Source of the DNA: Candidatus Omnitrophota bacterium
Lineage (GTDB): Bacteria > Omnitrophota > Gorgyraeia > Tantalellales > Tantalellaceae
Direction of reading: 5' to 3'
DNA length: 64,000 bases
NCBI GenBank assembly: GCA_015231405.1
Contig: JADGBR010000002.1
Location: 4,642 to 68,641 of the forward strand
The notes beneath the pieces are model-generated. The model worked only from the letters and a program-made list of their open reading frames with translations. It ran no database searches and was not told the DNA's origin. Both the position numbers and the translations under genes were made by a program. This document shows, one piece after another, positions 1 to 9,125 of this stretch; position 1 is the first letter of the stretch; each line of letters starts with the position of its first letter.

Positions 1-895
1 TGACAGGCTTATATCTCATTTGTGCTTCGAGGGGCACTATACCGAAATCCTCTTCCCCGGGAAAAATAAGCGCCTTACATCCCGCGTAATAATCTTCAAG
101 CTCAGCGTCATTGACCCACCCCGCGAAATGTATATTCCCCCCGGCCTTTTTTTTCAACTTCTCATACTCAGTGCCGGTCCCAACGATGACTAATTCCTTC
201 TTATTCTTATTGAAAACCTCGACGGCCAGATCCACCCTCTTGTACGGGACTAAGGCGGAAACCACGAGGTAATAAGTCGACCCTTCGGGGACCATAGACC
301 ATGGACCATGGACCATGGTATTTTGGGGATGTGGTTCACTAACGGGCGGATATATCACGGCAGCGTCCCTTCCGTAATACTCTTTTATCCGGTCCTTCAC
401 GGCGTTACTATTGGCTATGAAGTGGTCGACTCCCTCATTCGTTTTCAGGTCCCATTTTTTCATCCAGCTAACTATCCACTTGATCAGCTGCTTCTTCAGA
501 ACGTTCTCACGTGAAAAATACTCGTCAAAAAATTTCCACGCGTACCTGATAGGCGTGTGGCAATAACATATATGCAGCGCCCCTTCCTTCTTTCTCGCTC
601 CCTTAGCCGCGCAGTGGCTCGATGAGATGACCAGATCATACGCCGAAAGGTCGAAGCTTTCTATCGCCCATGGGAAAAATGGCAGAAAACTCCTGTAATT
701 CCTTTCTATGCCTGGTATTCTCATCAGTAAAGACGTTCTTATATCCATTTTTTCCATATCCGCCGCGACACTGCCCTTCTTATGGACCAGGGTGTATATT
801 GTCGATCCCGGGTACAGCTCCAAAAGAGCTTCCAGACATTTCTCCCCACCACGCATGCCGGTCAGCCAGTCATGGACGATCGCTATCTTCCTCAT
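1..895 (-). CDS. Glycosyltransferase family 4 (WbaZ-like), 3' end truncated by window edge
   Basis: Not in the ORF track; read manually from ATG at 895: MRKIAIVHDWLTGMRGGEKCLE...VIYPPV...YYLVVSALVPYKRVD. ATGA overlap with the stop of the upstream gene at 892. Confidence 0.88.
   Translation of the reverse strand, partial: MRKIAIVHDWLTGMRGGEKCLEALLELYPGSTIYTLVHKKGSVAADMEKMDIRTSLLMRIPGIERNYRSFLPFFPWAIESFDLSAYDLVISSSHCAAKGARKKEGALHICYCHTPIRYAWKFFDEYFSRENVLKKQLIKWIVSWMKKWDLKTNEGVDHFIANSNAVKDRIKEYYGRDAAVIYPPVSEPHPQNTMVHGPWSMVPEGSTYYLVVSALVPYKRVDLAVEVFNKNKKELVIVGTGTEYEKLKKKAGGNIHFAGWVNDAELEDYYAGCKALIFPGEEDFGIVPLEAQMRYKPV
290..319. repeat. Tandem heptamer repeat (GACCATR x4), in-frame inside the GT4 gene
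   Basis: gaccata gaccatg gaccatg gaccatg gt; encodes TMVHGPWSMV on the minus strand. Confidence 0.9.
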
Positions 896-1983
896 AACTT
901 TATCACTTCTTTATAGACGCCGAGCGTTTCAAGCGCGGTCTTTTCCCAGGAGAAACGCTTCACGTTCTCATACCCGGCATCGACCATGCCGGCCCTGAGC
1001 TGCGGGTTAATCAGTATATTATATACCGTGTCCGCTATCTTTTTCGGATCGTTGGGATCAACGTGGAACGCGGCCTTCCCGGCGACCTCCGGCAGGCTTG
1101 AAAGGTCGGAGACCACGACCGGTGTCCCGCATTTCATGGCCTCGAGCACCGTCAGCCCGAACCCCTCGTAAAGCGAAAGATGTACCAGCACCTCCGCAAT
1201 ATTATAAAGCACGACCAGGTCACTGACCGGTATTTCCCCCAGGTACAGGACACTTCTATGGTCGATGTATTTTTTCAGCCTGTCCTCCTTGTTATCCCAC
1301 CGCCCGCAGATAACGAGCTGATGCGGAATGCCCCATGCCTTCAGCTGCTGGAAGACGTCAAGGAGCTTACCCAGGTTCTTGTGAGGCTTCACCGTGCCGA
1401 CATAGAGCAGCACTTTCTCGCCGATCCTGTAACGGCACCTGACGTCGGCAAGCCTAGCCTTATCGGTAACCTTCTTAAAAACATCGTCGACAGCCTCATG
1501 TATGACGGTTATCTTGTCCGCATAGGCAGCCCCGAAGTGTTTAAGTATATCTCTCTTCGTGTAATCGGACACAGCTATTATCCTGTCGGCTCTCTTAAGC
1601 GTCGTCTCGATCATGAACCGCGCGTAATGCCTGGCAAAAGGCGACGGAAGAGACCTCGGGAAAAGAAGATAAATAAGGTCATGAATGGTAACGACCATCT
1701 TACCGCCGTAAAAAAGCGGTATGTTAAAATGTGGTACGTGCAAAAAATCTATCTTTATTTTAGGCAGGCCCATCCACAGATATTCCCACAGAGGATAGAC
1801 CGGCAGTTCCCACGGAACTATATCGACCTTTCCGGCTGCCGCGTATCTGGCAAGTTTTTCAGGATCGCCGAAAAGGGACAGTTTATGATCCTCCGGATAT
1901 TTACAAAACACACCCAGAAGCGCACTGATATAGCGCCCTATTCCCGGGTGATCTATCATTCTCGCGTCAAAGCCTATGCGCAC
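892..1983 (-). CDS. Glycosyltransferase family 4 (mannosyltransferase-like)
   Basis: MRIGFDAR, GIGRY, VVTIHDL, SLYEGFGLTVLEAMKCGTPVV, FSWEKTA. Confidence 0.92.
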   Translation of the reverse strand: MRIGFDARMIDHPGIGRYISALLGVFCKYPEDHKLSLFGDPEKLARYAAAGKVDIVPWELPVYPLWEYLWMGLPKIKIDFLHVPHFNIPLFYGGKMVVTIHDLIYLLFPRSLPSPFARHYARFMIETTLKRADRIIAVSDYTKRDILKHFGAAYADKITVIHEAVDDVFKKVTDKARLADVRCRYRIGEKVLLYVGTVKPHKNLGKLLDVFQQLKAWGIPHQLVICGRWDNKEDRLKKYIDHRSVLYLGEIPVSDLVVLYNIAEVLVHLSLYEGFGLTVLEAMKCGTPVVVSDLSSLPEVAGKAAFHVDPNDPKKIADTVYNILINPQLRAGMVDAGYENVKRFSWEKTALETLGVYKEVIKL

Positions 1984-2007
1984 TCTTTCTCCTCACCGTT
2001 AGGAGCT

Positions 2008-2095
2008 GATCGTAATTCGTGGTTCGTGGATCGTGATTCGCAGTTTGGTAATTAATAGATCCAACCTACAACCCCGAACCACGAATCACGAACTG
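2008..2095. repeat. Inverted heptamer-array element (GATCGTG/GTTCGTG type)
   Basis: Left arm gatcgta attcgtg gttcgtg gatcgtg attcgca; AT-rich spacer; right arm ...cgaacca cgaatca cgaactg, abutting the stop codon at 2096. Confidence 0.85.
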
Positions 2096-3313
2096 TCATT
2101 CCTTCGTCAACATCGCCCTGATCCCCTCGTATATCGACGCCGCGGCGACATCGTGTCCTTTTTCCGTAAAATGGCCGTCGAAATCGTAGTAAAGGGACTT
2201 ATCTTCCGATCCGGCGAAGGACGGCCTGCCCTCCGTAGCCTCGGCGAAGGAGGGATATGTATCGATCCTCATTATCCCGTTCTCCGCTGAAAAATCGTTC
2301 AATAGCCCCAGGACGGACGGCCGGGGATATACCGTTCTTTTGAACCCGTATTCGGCGCGACCTTCTTTCCATTCATCCGCGCTGATCTCCAAAGCGTAGG
2401 GATATGTCACTATCACGAACGGTATCCCTTTCTTACGGAGCTCACGGGCCATGAGGGCTATATGTTCCCTGTTCTTCTGCCATAGCCCGGGAATAAGGTC
2501 CGCTTTCTCGGGCCTAAAAGCGACGAACTTGTCTATATCGAGACGCCTGTCATCCTTGTAAAGGTCATGCGACTTTCCGGTAATATTGTCGAGGACATAT
2601 TTTTTGAACCCGATGCCTCTTATCTTGAAAAGGAATTTATTGATGTCTTCCTCCAGATAAAGATAATAGCGCGAATGCCTGACCAGAAATTTTTCTATGG
2701 GATTATCGCTGAACGCCCTTACCCTTTTTTCGGGCGGGCAGCTTAAAGGAACGCCTGCGCCGTCGACAGTGACGGTCTTACCGTAATCGTGATCGTCATA
2801 AAGGTCCCCCGGGTCATAGGCCAGGATGACCATGTCCGGATCCATCCCCAGCCCTTTGTCCTTGAGGAACAGGTACTCGAGAAGAGGGGAATTGCTGGCT
2901 ATACCGCAATTTATCACCTCGAATGTACGTGGGCTCCGGCTTTCACCGTTCAATTTGCTTTCAAGCAGCTTTACGAAACATTTTTCGGCTTCCACCCCGT
3001 ATCCTTCAGTGAAGGAATCGCCTATGAAAAGTATCCTGTATACGCCTTCGCCCTTTTCTACCGGATATTCCCTGTCCCGAAGCCCCCCGGAGTTGATATC
3101 ATAGGAGACGTTCCACTCCCGCATCACTGACCGGCCCTTTCCGCCCGGGATGAACGAATGGTTGAGCTTCATATCGGCCCTCCGGTACGACATCTCCCTG
3201 GACTTGGCTCCAAGAAGCGCGCCGTGTTTCACCCGGGCGTATATCTCCCCGCCTGCCATAGCCAATAGGATCATATCGACGAATATCATCGAATAAAGTA
3301 TTCTCTTTTTCAT
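2096..3313 (-). CDS. SGNH/GDSL hydrolase-family protein with N-terminal TM anchor
   Basis: N-terminal hydrophobic helix, GLRD, FIGDSFTEG (block I), C-terminal FDGHFTEKGH (DxxH). Confidence 0.85.
   Translation of the reverse strand: MKKRILYSMIFVDMILLAMAGGEIYARVKHGALLGAKSREMSYRRADMKLNHSFIPGGKGRSVMREWNVSYDINSGGLRDREYPVEKGEGVYRILFIGDSFTEGYGVEAEKCFVKLLESKLNGESRSPRTFEVINCGIASNSPLLEYLFLKDKGLGMDPDMVILAYDPGDLYDDHDYGKTVTVDGAGVPLSCPPEKRVRAFSDNPIEKFLVRHSRYYLYLEEDINKFLFKIRGIGFKKYVLDNITGKSHDLYKDDRRLDIDKFVAFRPEKADLIPGLWQKNREHIALMARELRKKGIPFVIVTYPYALEISADEWKEGRAEYGFKRTVYPRPSVLGLLNDFSAENGIMRIDTYPSFAEATEGRPSFAGSEDKSLYYDFDGHFTEKGHDVAAASIYEGIRAMLTKE
2202..2254. repeat. Short palindromic element (one intact plus one degenerate unit), in-frame in the SGNH gene
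   Basis: ccctcc-gta-gcc-tc-ggc-gaa-ggaggg at 2229-2254, preceded by tcttccgatccggcgaaggacgg; protein reads PSFAEATEGRPSFAGSEDK. Confidence 0.7.
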
Positions 3314-4404
3314 TTTTGCCCCATAAGTTCGTCCAGGGCGGCTTCTACTTCCCCAGCGTCCAGCCCGGAAACGACCTTACCTTTTGCCGGGATAACGGCT
3401 CTTACTTTATCGCCCTTTGGAAGCCACTGCGCGGGCATGTGTGTCCCGTTCATGAGGACCACCGAAGCCGTCCCGGCGGCCCCGGCCAGATGAGCGGGAG
3501 CCGAATCTACGCCTATAAATATCCTGGCCCTCTTTAAAAGGAAATACAGGGATCCCAGCGTGGTCTTTCCTGAAATATCCATAAAAAAACCGTCAGCCGA
3601 GGTTGGCCGGAATTTCCCGGCGTCAACCTTTCCTCCTGCTATAACGGTCGGGAGGGAATAACGTTCCCACAAATACCCGATGATCCGCATGAACCCTTTA
3701 TCTTCCCACTCTTTCGACATATCACCGGGGAAAGGGTGCATGACCGCGTAATCTCCCGGCAACCCTATCTCCTTCAAGAGAAGGCCGGCCGACACCTTAT
3801 CTCCGTCAGGAAAAGACAGGTCTATTTTTGCTTCTTTAATGTCTATCCCAATTGCTTTTAACAACTCCAAATTCCTCCGTGTCTCATGCATTATCCCTTT
3901 GTATCTCACTTCAAGGTTAAGCAAAAAACCGCATCCTGTTATCCCGTAGCCAACCCGGTACTTCACTCCGCCAAGGAACATCGCTAGAATGTGCCTCGAA
4001 TCCCCCCTTAGGTCTATACAAAGATCATAACCCTCTTTCGATATAAGTTTAACGAGAGGGAGTAGACTCCTCACGTTCTTAAAGAACTTTGAACCGTTCC
4101 GGTCGAACCATGACGGCCGGAACTCGATGACCCGTGAGATATCCCGGTTGCTATTAACGACAGACGCCGCCCATACCGGAGCGAGAAAATGTATCTTCGC
4201 TTCCGGAAAATTTTTTCTCAAGGGGCCTATAACTACGGTCGAGTTCACGACGTCTCCTATATGATCAAGCCTGATGACCAGTATCTTTTTAACTCTTACG
4301 GGCTCGAACCTCGAGACTAACCGTACAGGAAAAAATATGGCTCTCCCGATAGCGTCGAATATTGTAAAGAACAAAACTAAGAAACGCTTCTTGTATACGT
4401 ACAT
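3310..4404 (-). CDS. Glycosyltransferase family 9 (LPS heptosyltransferase-like)
   Basis: KILVIRLDHIGDVV, YDLCIDL, GKTTL, IGVDSAPAHLAGA. Confidence 0.9.
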   Translation of the reverse strand: MYVYKKRFLVLFFTIFDAIGRAIFFPVRLVSRFEPVRVKKILVIRLDHIGDVVNSTVVIGPLRKNFPEAKIHFLAPVWAASVVNSNRDISRVIEFRPSWFDRNGSKFFKNVRSLLPLVKLISKEGYDLCIDLRGDSRHILAMFLGGVKYRVGYGITGCGFLLNLEVRYKGIMHETRRNLELLKAIGIDIKEAKIDLSFPDGDKVSAGLLLKEIGLPGDYAVMHPFPGDMSKEWEDKGFMRIIGYLWERYSLPTVIAGGKVDAGKFRPTSADGFFMDISGKTTLGSLYFLLKRARIFIGVDSAPAHLAGAAGTASVVLMNGTHMPAQWLPKGDKVRAVIPAKGKVVSGLDAGEVEAALDELMGQK

Positions 4405-4416
4405 GAGAACTCCGGT

Positions 4417-4470
4417 GACTATTGGACCATAGACTATGGACCATGGTCTATGGTCTATGGTCTATGGTCC
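4417..4470. repeat. Inverted heptamer-array element (GACCATG/GTCTATG type), no spacer
   Basis: gactatt ggaccat agactat ggaccat ggtctat ggtctat ggtctat ggtcc; supplies the TAG stop (4448) of the GT2 gene. Confidence 0.9.
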
Positions 4471-5164
4471 TCTTACTACCCCCCGCTATCCTATATTTAA
4501 ACAGCGCCAACACCGTCGACACCCCGTCCCTCCATGTTATCTTCTTCCCTTCATCATACCCGCGACCGCGGTACGAGATAGGCACTTCACGTATCTTCAC
4601 ACCCCGGAGGAGCAGTTTCGCCGTGACCTCAGGTTCGAATTCGAACCCGTTAGACCTTATATCCATGTCCTTAAGTATATCCGTTCTCACCATTTTATAG
4701 CACGTTTCCATGTCTGTCAGGGACGCTCCAAACATGACATTCGTGAGAAAGGTCAGAAACCAGTTGACCATATAATGCGGAAGCGACGTAGCTTTCCAAG
4801 TCGAAAGGAACCGCGACCCGAATACGGCACTCGCGCCAGTCTTTACGGCGACCGAGACCAGTTTGGTTATTTCCGCGGGAGAATATTCCATATCCGCGTC
4901 CTGGACTATCACATATTCTCCCGTAGCGCGGGAAAGAGCCGTACGTATCGCCCCCCCCTTCCCCTTGTTCACCTCGTGGTAATAGACCGAAATTCCGTTC
5001 TTCCCTCCAGGGAACTTTTTGCCGAGTATTTCCCTGGTTCCGTCCGTGGATCTATCGTCGACGACTATTATCTCTTTTTCGCACGGGAGGTCGACTAGGA
5101 GCTGAAGGACGTCCCCTATTGTTTTTTCCTCGTTATATACGGGAACCAATATCGATATTTTCAT
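4448..5164 (-). CDS. Glycosyltransferase family 2 (polyprenol-phosphate glycosyltransferase, DPM1-like)
   Basis: MKISILVPVYNEE, VDDRSTDGT, NKGKGGA, QDADMEY, DMETCYK; start moved to ATG 5164 (ATGA overlap with upstream stop). Confidence 0.9.
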   Translation of the reverse strand: MKISILVPVYNEEKTIGDVLQLLVDLPCEKEIIVVDDRSTDGTREILGKKFPGGKNGISVYYHEVNKGKGGAIRTALSRATGEYVIVQDADMEYSPAEITKLVSVAVKTGASAVFGSRFLSTWKATSLPHYMVNWFLTFLTNVMFGASLTDMETCYKMVRTDILKDMDIRSNGFEFEPEVTAKLLLRGVKIREVPISYRGRGYDEGKKITWRDGVSTVLALFKYRIAGGSKRTIDHRP

Positions 5165-6216
5165 GCAACCGCCAGTGTTTTGTAGACGTGAGCCGTTTTG
5201 AGGGCTATTTTTTCCCACGTAAGATCGCTCATGATATATTGCCGCAACAGATCTGTTTTAGGGGATCGGAACGCCGTTTCTATCTTGTCTCTGATATCGT
5301 CCGGACTATCGGGCCTTAAATATAACGCCATATCCTTAAAATATTCCCTGGTGCTTCCACCGTCCGTGACCGCCAATTTTGCCCCGGCGAGACCGGCCTC
5401 AAGAGCGGCAAGGCCAGGGGTCTCGAACCAGGCGGGAAGGACGAAAACCCCGCATGCGGCGTAAGCCGACCTTAACATACCCGACCCGTGGTCCAGACGC
5501 CCGAGGAACCGGACATTCTCCCCGGCTTCTTTCCTACACGCTTCCATGTACCACTCGTATCCGGAAACCGCCTCGCCTATGAGTACGAGCTCCCGTCCAG
5601 AACCTTTAACCGCCCTTATGAGATTCAGCTGGTTTTTCCTCGGCTCTATGCGCCCTACGGAAAGGATAAAATCACTGATACCGTAACTTTTGATGAATAT
5701 TTCCGGTTCAGCCGCGAAAAAAACTTTATCCACGCCGTTGGCGACTACCCTCATCTTATCCCTGGGTATCCCGAACAACCTGGATATCTGCGCGGCCTCG
5801 CCTTCGGAGTTCGGGATGATGACATCAGCCGTGTCGAACATTTTCTTCCGGCCGGACGGGAATACCGGACAAAGAACCTTGAGCGTATGCCGGATAACCT
5901 CTTCGGCTTTTTTAATGAACGTCCCTTCCTCGCAAAAAGCCCGCCTGTAATCGGACCAGAAAATAGACTCGAGCACGACTTTTACGCCTCTGGAACGCCC
6001 TACCCTCATTAGAGGAAGACACTCCTTGACCGCCCCGAACACATGTAGTATCGAGTAATCCTCGATCTTATCGTTCCAGGTATCGAACCGCCTCACATCG
6101 ACTCCGGCTAATTTGAGATACTTTTCGAGATTCTCCAAGAGTATCTCACCGCCGCCTTTGTTCTGGAAGGCGGAAGGGTATACGAAGAATGCGACCTTTA
6201 GCTCACCTGTAAACAT
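5161..6216 (-). CDS. Glycosyltransferase family 4
   Basis: GGGE N-terminal motif, VGRIEPRKNQ, ETPGLAALEA. Confidence 0.9.
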   Translation of the reverse strand: MFTGELKVAFFVYPSAFQNKGGGEILLENLEKYLKLAGVDVRRFDTWNDKIEDYSILHVFGAVKECLPLMRVGRSRGVKVVLESIFWSDYRRAFCEEGTFIKKAEEVIRHTLKVLCPVFPSGRKKMFDTADVIIPNSEGEAAQISRLFGIPRDKMRVVANGVDKVFFAAEPEIFIKSYGISDFILSVGRIEPRKNQLNLIRAVKGSGRELVLIGEAVSGYEWYMEACRKEAGENVRFLGRLDHGSGMLRSAYAACGVFVLPAWFETPGLAALEAGLAGAKLAVTDGGSTREYFKDMALYLRPDSPDDIRDKIETAFRSPKTDLLRQYIMSDLTWEKIALKTAHVYKTLAVA

Positions 6217-6223
6217 ACGTTTC

Positions 6224-6311
6224 CGTGGGACGTGGGACGTGGGACGTGGGACATAAAACGTTAACTATGCTATAACTCGCACGTCCAACGTCCCACGTCC
6301 TACATCCTACG
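6224..6311. repeat. Inverted heptamer-array element (CGTGGGA type)
   Basis: Four perfect CGTGGGA at 6224-6251, 25-nt spacer, then tcgcacg tccaacg tcccacg tcctaca tcctacg at 6277-6311. Confidence 0.92.
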
Positions 6312-6342
6312 GTATAATCCACCAGTTCAATATTGCTCATTG

Positions 6343-7461
6343 CTATTTTTTCCTGCCAAACTGCCTAACAAGCACATCCAAAATCCGTTCCGCCGCGCGG
6401 CCGTCGCCGAAAGGATTTTTCCAATCCCGCTTACGGCTCAGCATCACGCGCGCGCTTTTTACTATGTTGACGGGATCTATTCCGGCTATTATGTTCGCGC
6501 CCACATCGACCGTTTCAGGCCTTTCGGTGGAATCACGGAGCGTTACGCACGGCACTAAGAGAACGCACGCCTCCTCCTGCACTCCTCCGGAATCCGTAAG
6601 TATAAGCGCCGCGTTAGCCTCGAGCGCGATGAATTCGGTGAAGGCGCATGGCTCCATAAGTTCCATCCATCCGGAAACGGATATGCCGAATTCTTCCATC
6701 TTCTTCACGGTACGCGGGTGGGCTGGGAATATGATCGGAAGCTTGTGGTCCACTCCGATCTTCTTGATCGCTTTCAATATCCCGACGAACCTTTTTTTAT
6801 CGTCGACGTTCTCCTGTCTGTGGATAGTGAGAAGAATATATCCGCCCTTATCAGGAGAGCCCGGCAAATTCCCGGACCATTCCGGCCTTTTGAAGTAAAG
6901 CGTGTCGACGAAAGTATTCCCCGTCACAAAAACCTTTTTCCTTTTCACTCCCTCCGATAAGACTATATCCCTCGATTTTACCGTCGGGACAAAAAGCAGG
7001 TCTGACAGATGATCCGCCATTATCCTGTTTATCTCTTCCGGCATGCTCCTGTCGTAGCTCCTGAGCCCGGCCTCTACGTGAGCGAGCTTGATATCGAACC
7101 CGGTGAACGCCTTTGTGGTCGATATTTTTGACGCGGTGAGAGCGCCGGCTAAAGTGGAATTCGTATCCCCGTGGACCACAACAACGCCCGGCAGCTCCTT
7201 AAGAAGTATCTGCTCGAGCCTCATCATCATCCTGCCCGTGTGATCTCCCTGCCTCCATGGGGCCTTGGACCGTATGTTCAGGTTATAGTCCGGCATCGGC
7301 AGGTCAAGCTCCCGAAAAAACCGTCTCGACATCACGGTCGAATAATGCTGGCCGGTATGGATCGTTACGAACGGTATTTTTTCCCTTACGCTCAACCTGA
7401 TGACCGAACTCAATTTAATGATCTCGGGCCTGGTCCCGAATATGAAAGCTATCTTCATCAT
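6343..7461 (-). CDS. wecB: UDP-N-acetylglucosamine 2-epimerase (non-hydrolysing)
   Basis: GTRPEIIK, HTGQHY, HGDTNSTLA, HVEAGLRS, PEEINR, TDSGGVQEEA, TERPE, NPFGDG. Confidence 0.95.
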   Translation of the reverse strand: MMKIAFIFGTRPEIIKLSSVIRLSVREKIPFVTIHTGQHYSTVMSRRFFRELDLPMPDYNLNIRSKAPWRQGDHTGRMMMRLEQILLKELPGVVVVHGDTNSTLAGALTASKISTTKAFTGFDIKLAHVEAGLRSYDRSMPEEINRIMADHLSDLLFVPTVKSRDIVLSEGVKRKKVFVTGNTFVDTLYFKRPEWSGNLPGSPDKGGYILLTIHRQENVDDKKRFVGILKAIKKIGVDHKLPIIFPAHPRTVKKMEEFGISVSGWMELMEPCAFTEFIALEANAALILTDSGGVQEEACVLLVPCVTLRDSTERPETVDVGANIIAGIDPVNIVKSARVMLSRKRDWKNPFGDGRAAERILDVLVRQFGRKK

Positions 7462-7464
7462 GCT

Positions 7465-8628
7465 CTAAATGAAAAACTCAAGTATATTCTCTTCCCCCGC
7501 CTTTTTGCCGATCCTTTCAAGCGATATCAACGCCTGCAGCGCGAACATCGTGCACCATGAATTAATATGATCCGTCTTTTTTCCGTCGAGCGTGTATCCG
7601 TAATAGAACCCGCCCTTTTGGTATTCGTCATCGAGGAGCTGGAACGATAGAAGACATTTTTTCGCTTTACCGAGTTTCTCCACATCGCTCTCAGCGAGAT
7701 ATCCCAGCTCACGCTGTAAAGAGCCGAGCCTGATGACCTGGGCAAGCGCGTCCGACCTGTAATAGTTGACGAATTTGTTATCAACGTATTTCTTGGGTAT
7801 CCCTCCGTCCCCGGCCTGGTTATCAAGCGCCCACCGCACCGCTTTTACCGAAGACTCTATGAGATCTTTCCTGTTGAAGCGGACCCCGGCGTAAAAAAGC
7901 CCTTCCCCCGAATACATATGAGGGTGCAAATGCGTACTCCTGTCGGTCCTCGCGGTTATGAACCTGCCGGACGGGTCCTGGAATTTCATGGCGGCCTCGG
8001 ACAATTCGATCACCGTGTCCTTATACTCCCTCGTCTTGGTCGCCTCGTATAGGTCCGTGAACCCGAGCGCCAGCTTCGCGAGATAACTGCCGCTTTGCGT
8101 TGACCATTTCCAGTTGTCGTCAATTTTCTGGTTGGTGCGGGCATTGTAGACGGCGTAAAAAAGGCCGTCGGGACGTTTCATTTTTCGGAGCAGGAACCCG
8201 GCTATTCTTTCCGAAAGCTCGAGGTATTTTTCGTCCCTGAATATCTTATAGAGATTTATGAGCCCGTAAAGCACCATGCCGTTGTCGAAAGCGTAGATGT
8301 TCTCGCTCTCGAAAGAATAATTCTCGGATTCCTTAAGCGCCTTCAGATAATATCTTGTTTTGACGCCGCCGCACGGGTGGAGAGCCTTTCTCTCCAGCCA
8401 CTGGGCCGCTTCGCGCGCCTTGTCCAGATAGTTCCCGTCGAAGAACTTATTGATGAACAAAAGGGTCGTTATCCCGTAGCCCGTGATCTCGGAATAAACG
8501 AACGAGTAATTATCGTCTTTGATATCGTACCAGGCGTTGAACCCTCCTTTTTCGGTCCCACCGGTATTCTGTATCCCCGAGGTCAATATCCAGTCCCGGG
8601 CCATCATCACTTCTTTACTGTATTCCAT
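7465..8628 (-). CDS. Probable alpha/alpha-toroid protein of unknown function
   Basis: Repeated helix units ending in aromatic/GG motifs (YSEITGY, PDGLF, QDPSGRF, QAGDGG, KGGFYY); coupled between the acetyltransferase and wecB. Confidence 0.55.
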   Translation of the reverse strand: MEYSKEVMMARDWILTSGIQNTGGTEKGGFNAWYDIKDDNYSFVYSEITGYGITTLLFINKFFDGNYLDKAREAAQWLERKALHPCGGVKTRYYLKALKESENYSFESENIYAFDNGMVLYGLINLYKIFRDEKYLELSERIAGFLLRKMKRPDGLFYAVYNARTNQKIDDNWKWSTQSGSYLAKLALGFTDLYEATKTREYKDTVIELSEAAMKFQDPSGRFITARTDRSTHLHPHMYSGEGLFYAGVRFNRKDLIESSVKAVRWALDNQAGDGGIPKKYVDNKFVNYYRSDALAQVIRLGSLQRELGYLAESDVEKLGKAKKCLLSFQLLDDEYQKGGFYYGYTLDGKKTDHINSWCTMFALQALISLERIGKKAGEENILEFFI

Positions 8629-9125
8629 TATCCCTCCGTGTTCTGTTTCTTTCTCCTAGCTTTCGCCGGGTTCCCATAACACACGGCGCCGGCAGGAACG
8701 TCCCTGGTCACGACCGAACCGGCTCCGATAACGGCGCCGGCCCCTATATTTACATCGGGAAGTATCGTCGAGTTGGCCCCGATGGACGCTCCCTTCCCCA
8801 CTTTCCATGATATCCCCGAAAGGTCCCGCGTCTTCCCGCTTTCGGGATATTTATCGTTCGTAAAAACGACATGCGGTCCTATGAAGACCCCGTCCTCCAC
8901 GATAAGCCCGTCGTATAAACAGCTTTTATTGTGCACGCGGACGTTATCCCCGATACGGACGTTCCTGTCCACATAGACCCCGTTCCCGATGACGCAGCCT
9001 TTCCCGATAACGGCCTTATCCATGATCTGCACGAAAGCCCAAATTACGGTACCTTCTCCTATAACAGCGCTTTCCGAGACAATAGCCGTCGGGTGCGTTC
9101 TCACTAAAGCCGTTCTTTTACCCAT
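8628..9125 (-). CDS. Hexapeptide-repeat N-acetyltransferase (WbpD/WlbB-like)
   Basis: HPTAIV, FIGPHVVFTNDKYP, GASIGANSTI, GAGSVVTRDVP, GNPA; start set at ATG 9125 with GAGGAG 9 nt upstream. Confidence 0.9.
   Translation of the reverse strand: MGKRTALVRTHPTAIVSESAVIGEGTVIWAFVQIMDKAVIGKGCVIGNGVYVDRNVRIGDNVRVHNKSCLYDGLIVEDGVFIGPHVVFTNDKYPESGKTRDLSGISWKVGKGASIGANSTILPDVNIGAGAVIGAGSVVTRDVPAGAVCYGNPAKARRKKQNTEG

Noticed and set aside
4951-4958. C8 tract in the GT2 gene (and A/T 8-9 runs elsewhere) as phase-variation switches
   Set aside because: Short, in-frame, and the C8 encodes the conserved GKGGA motif; no frameshifted gene was seen.
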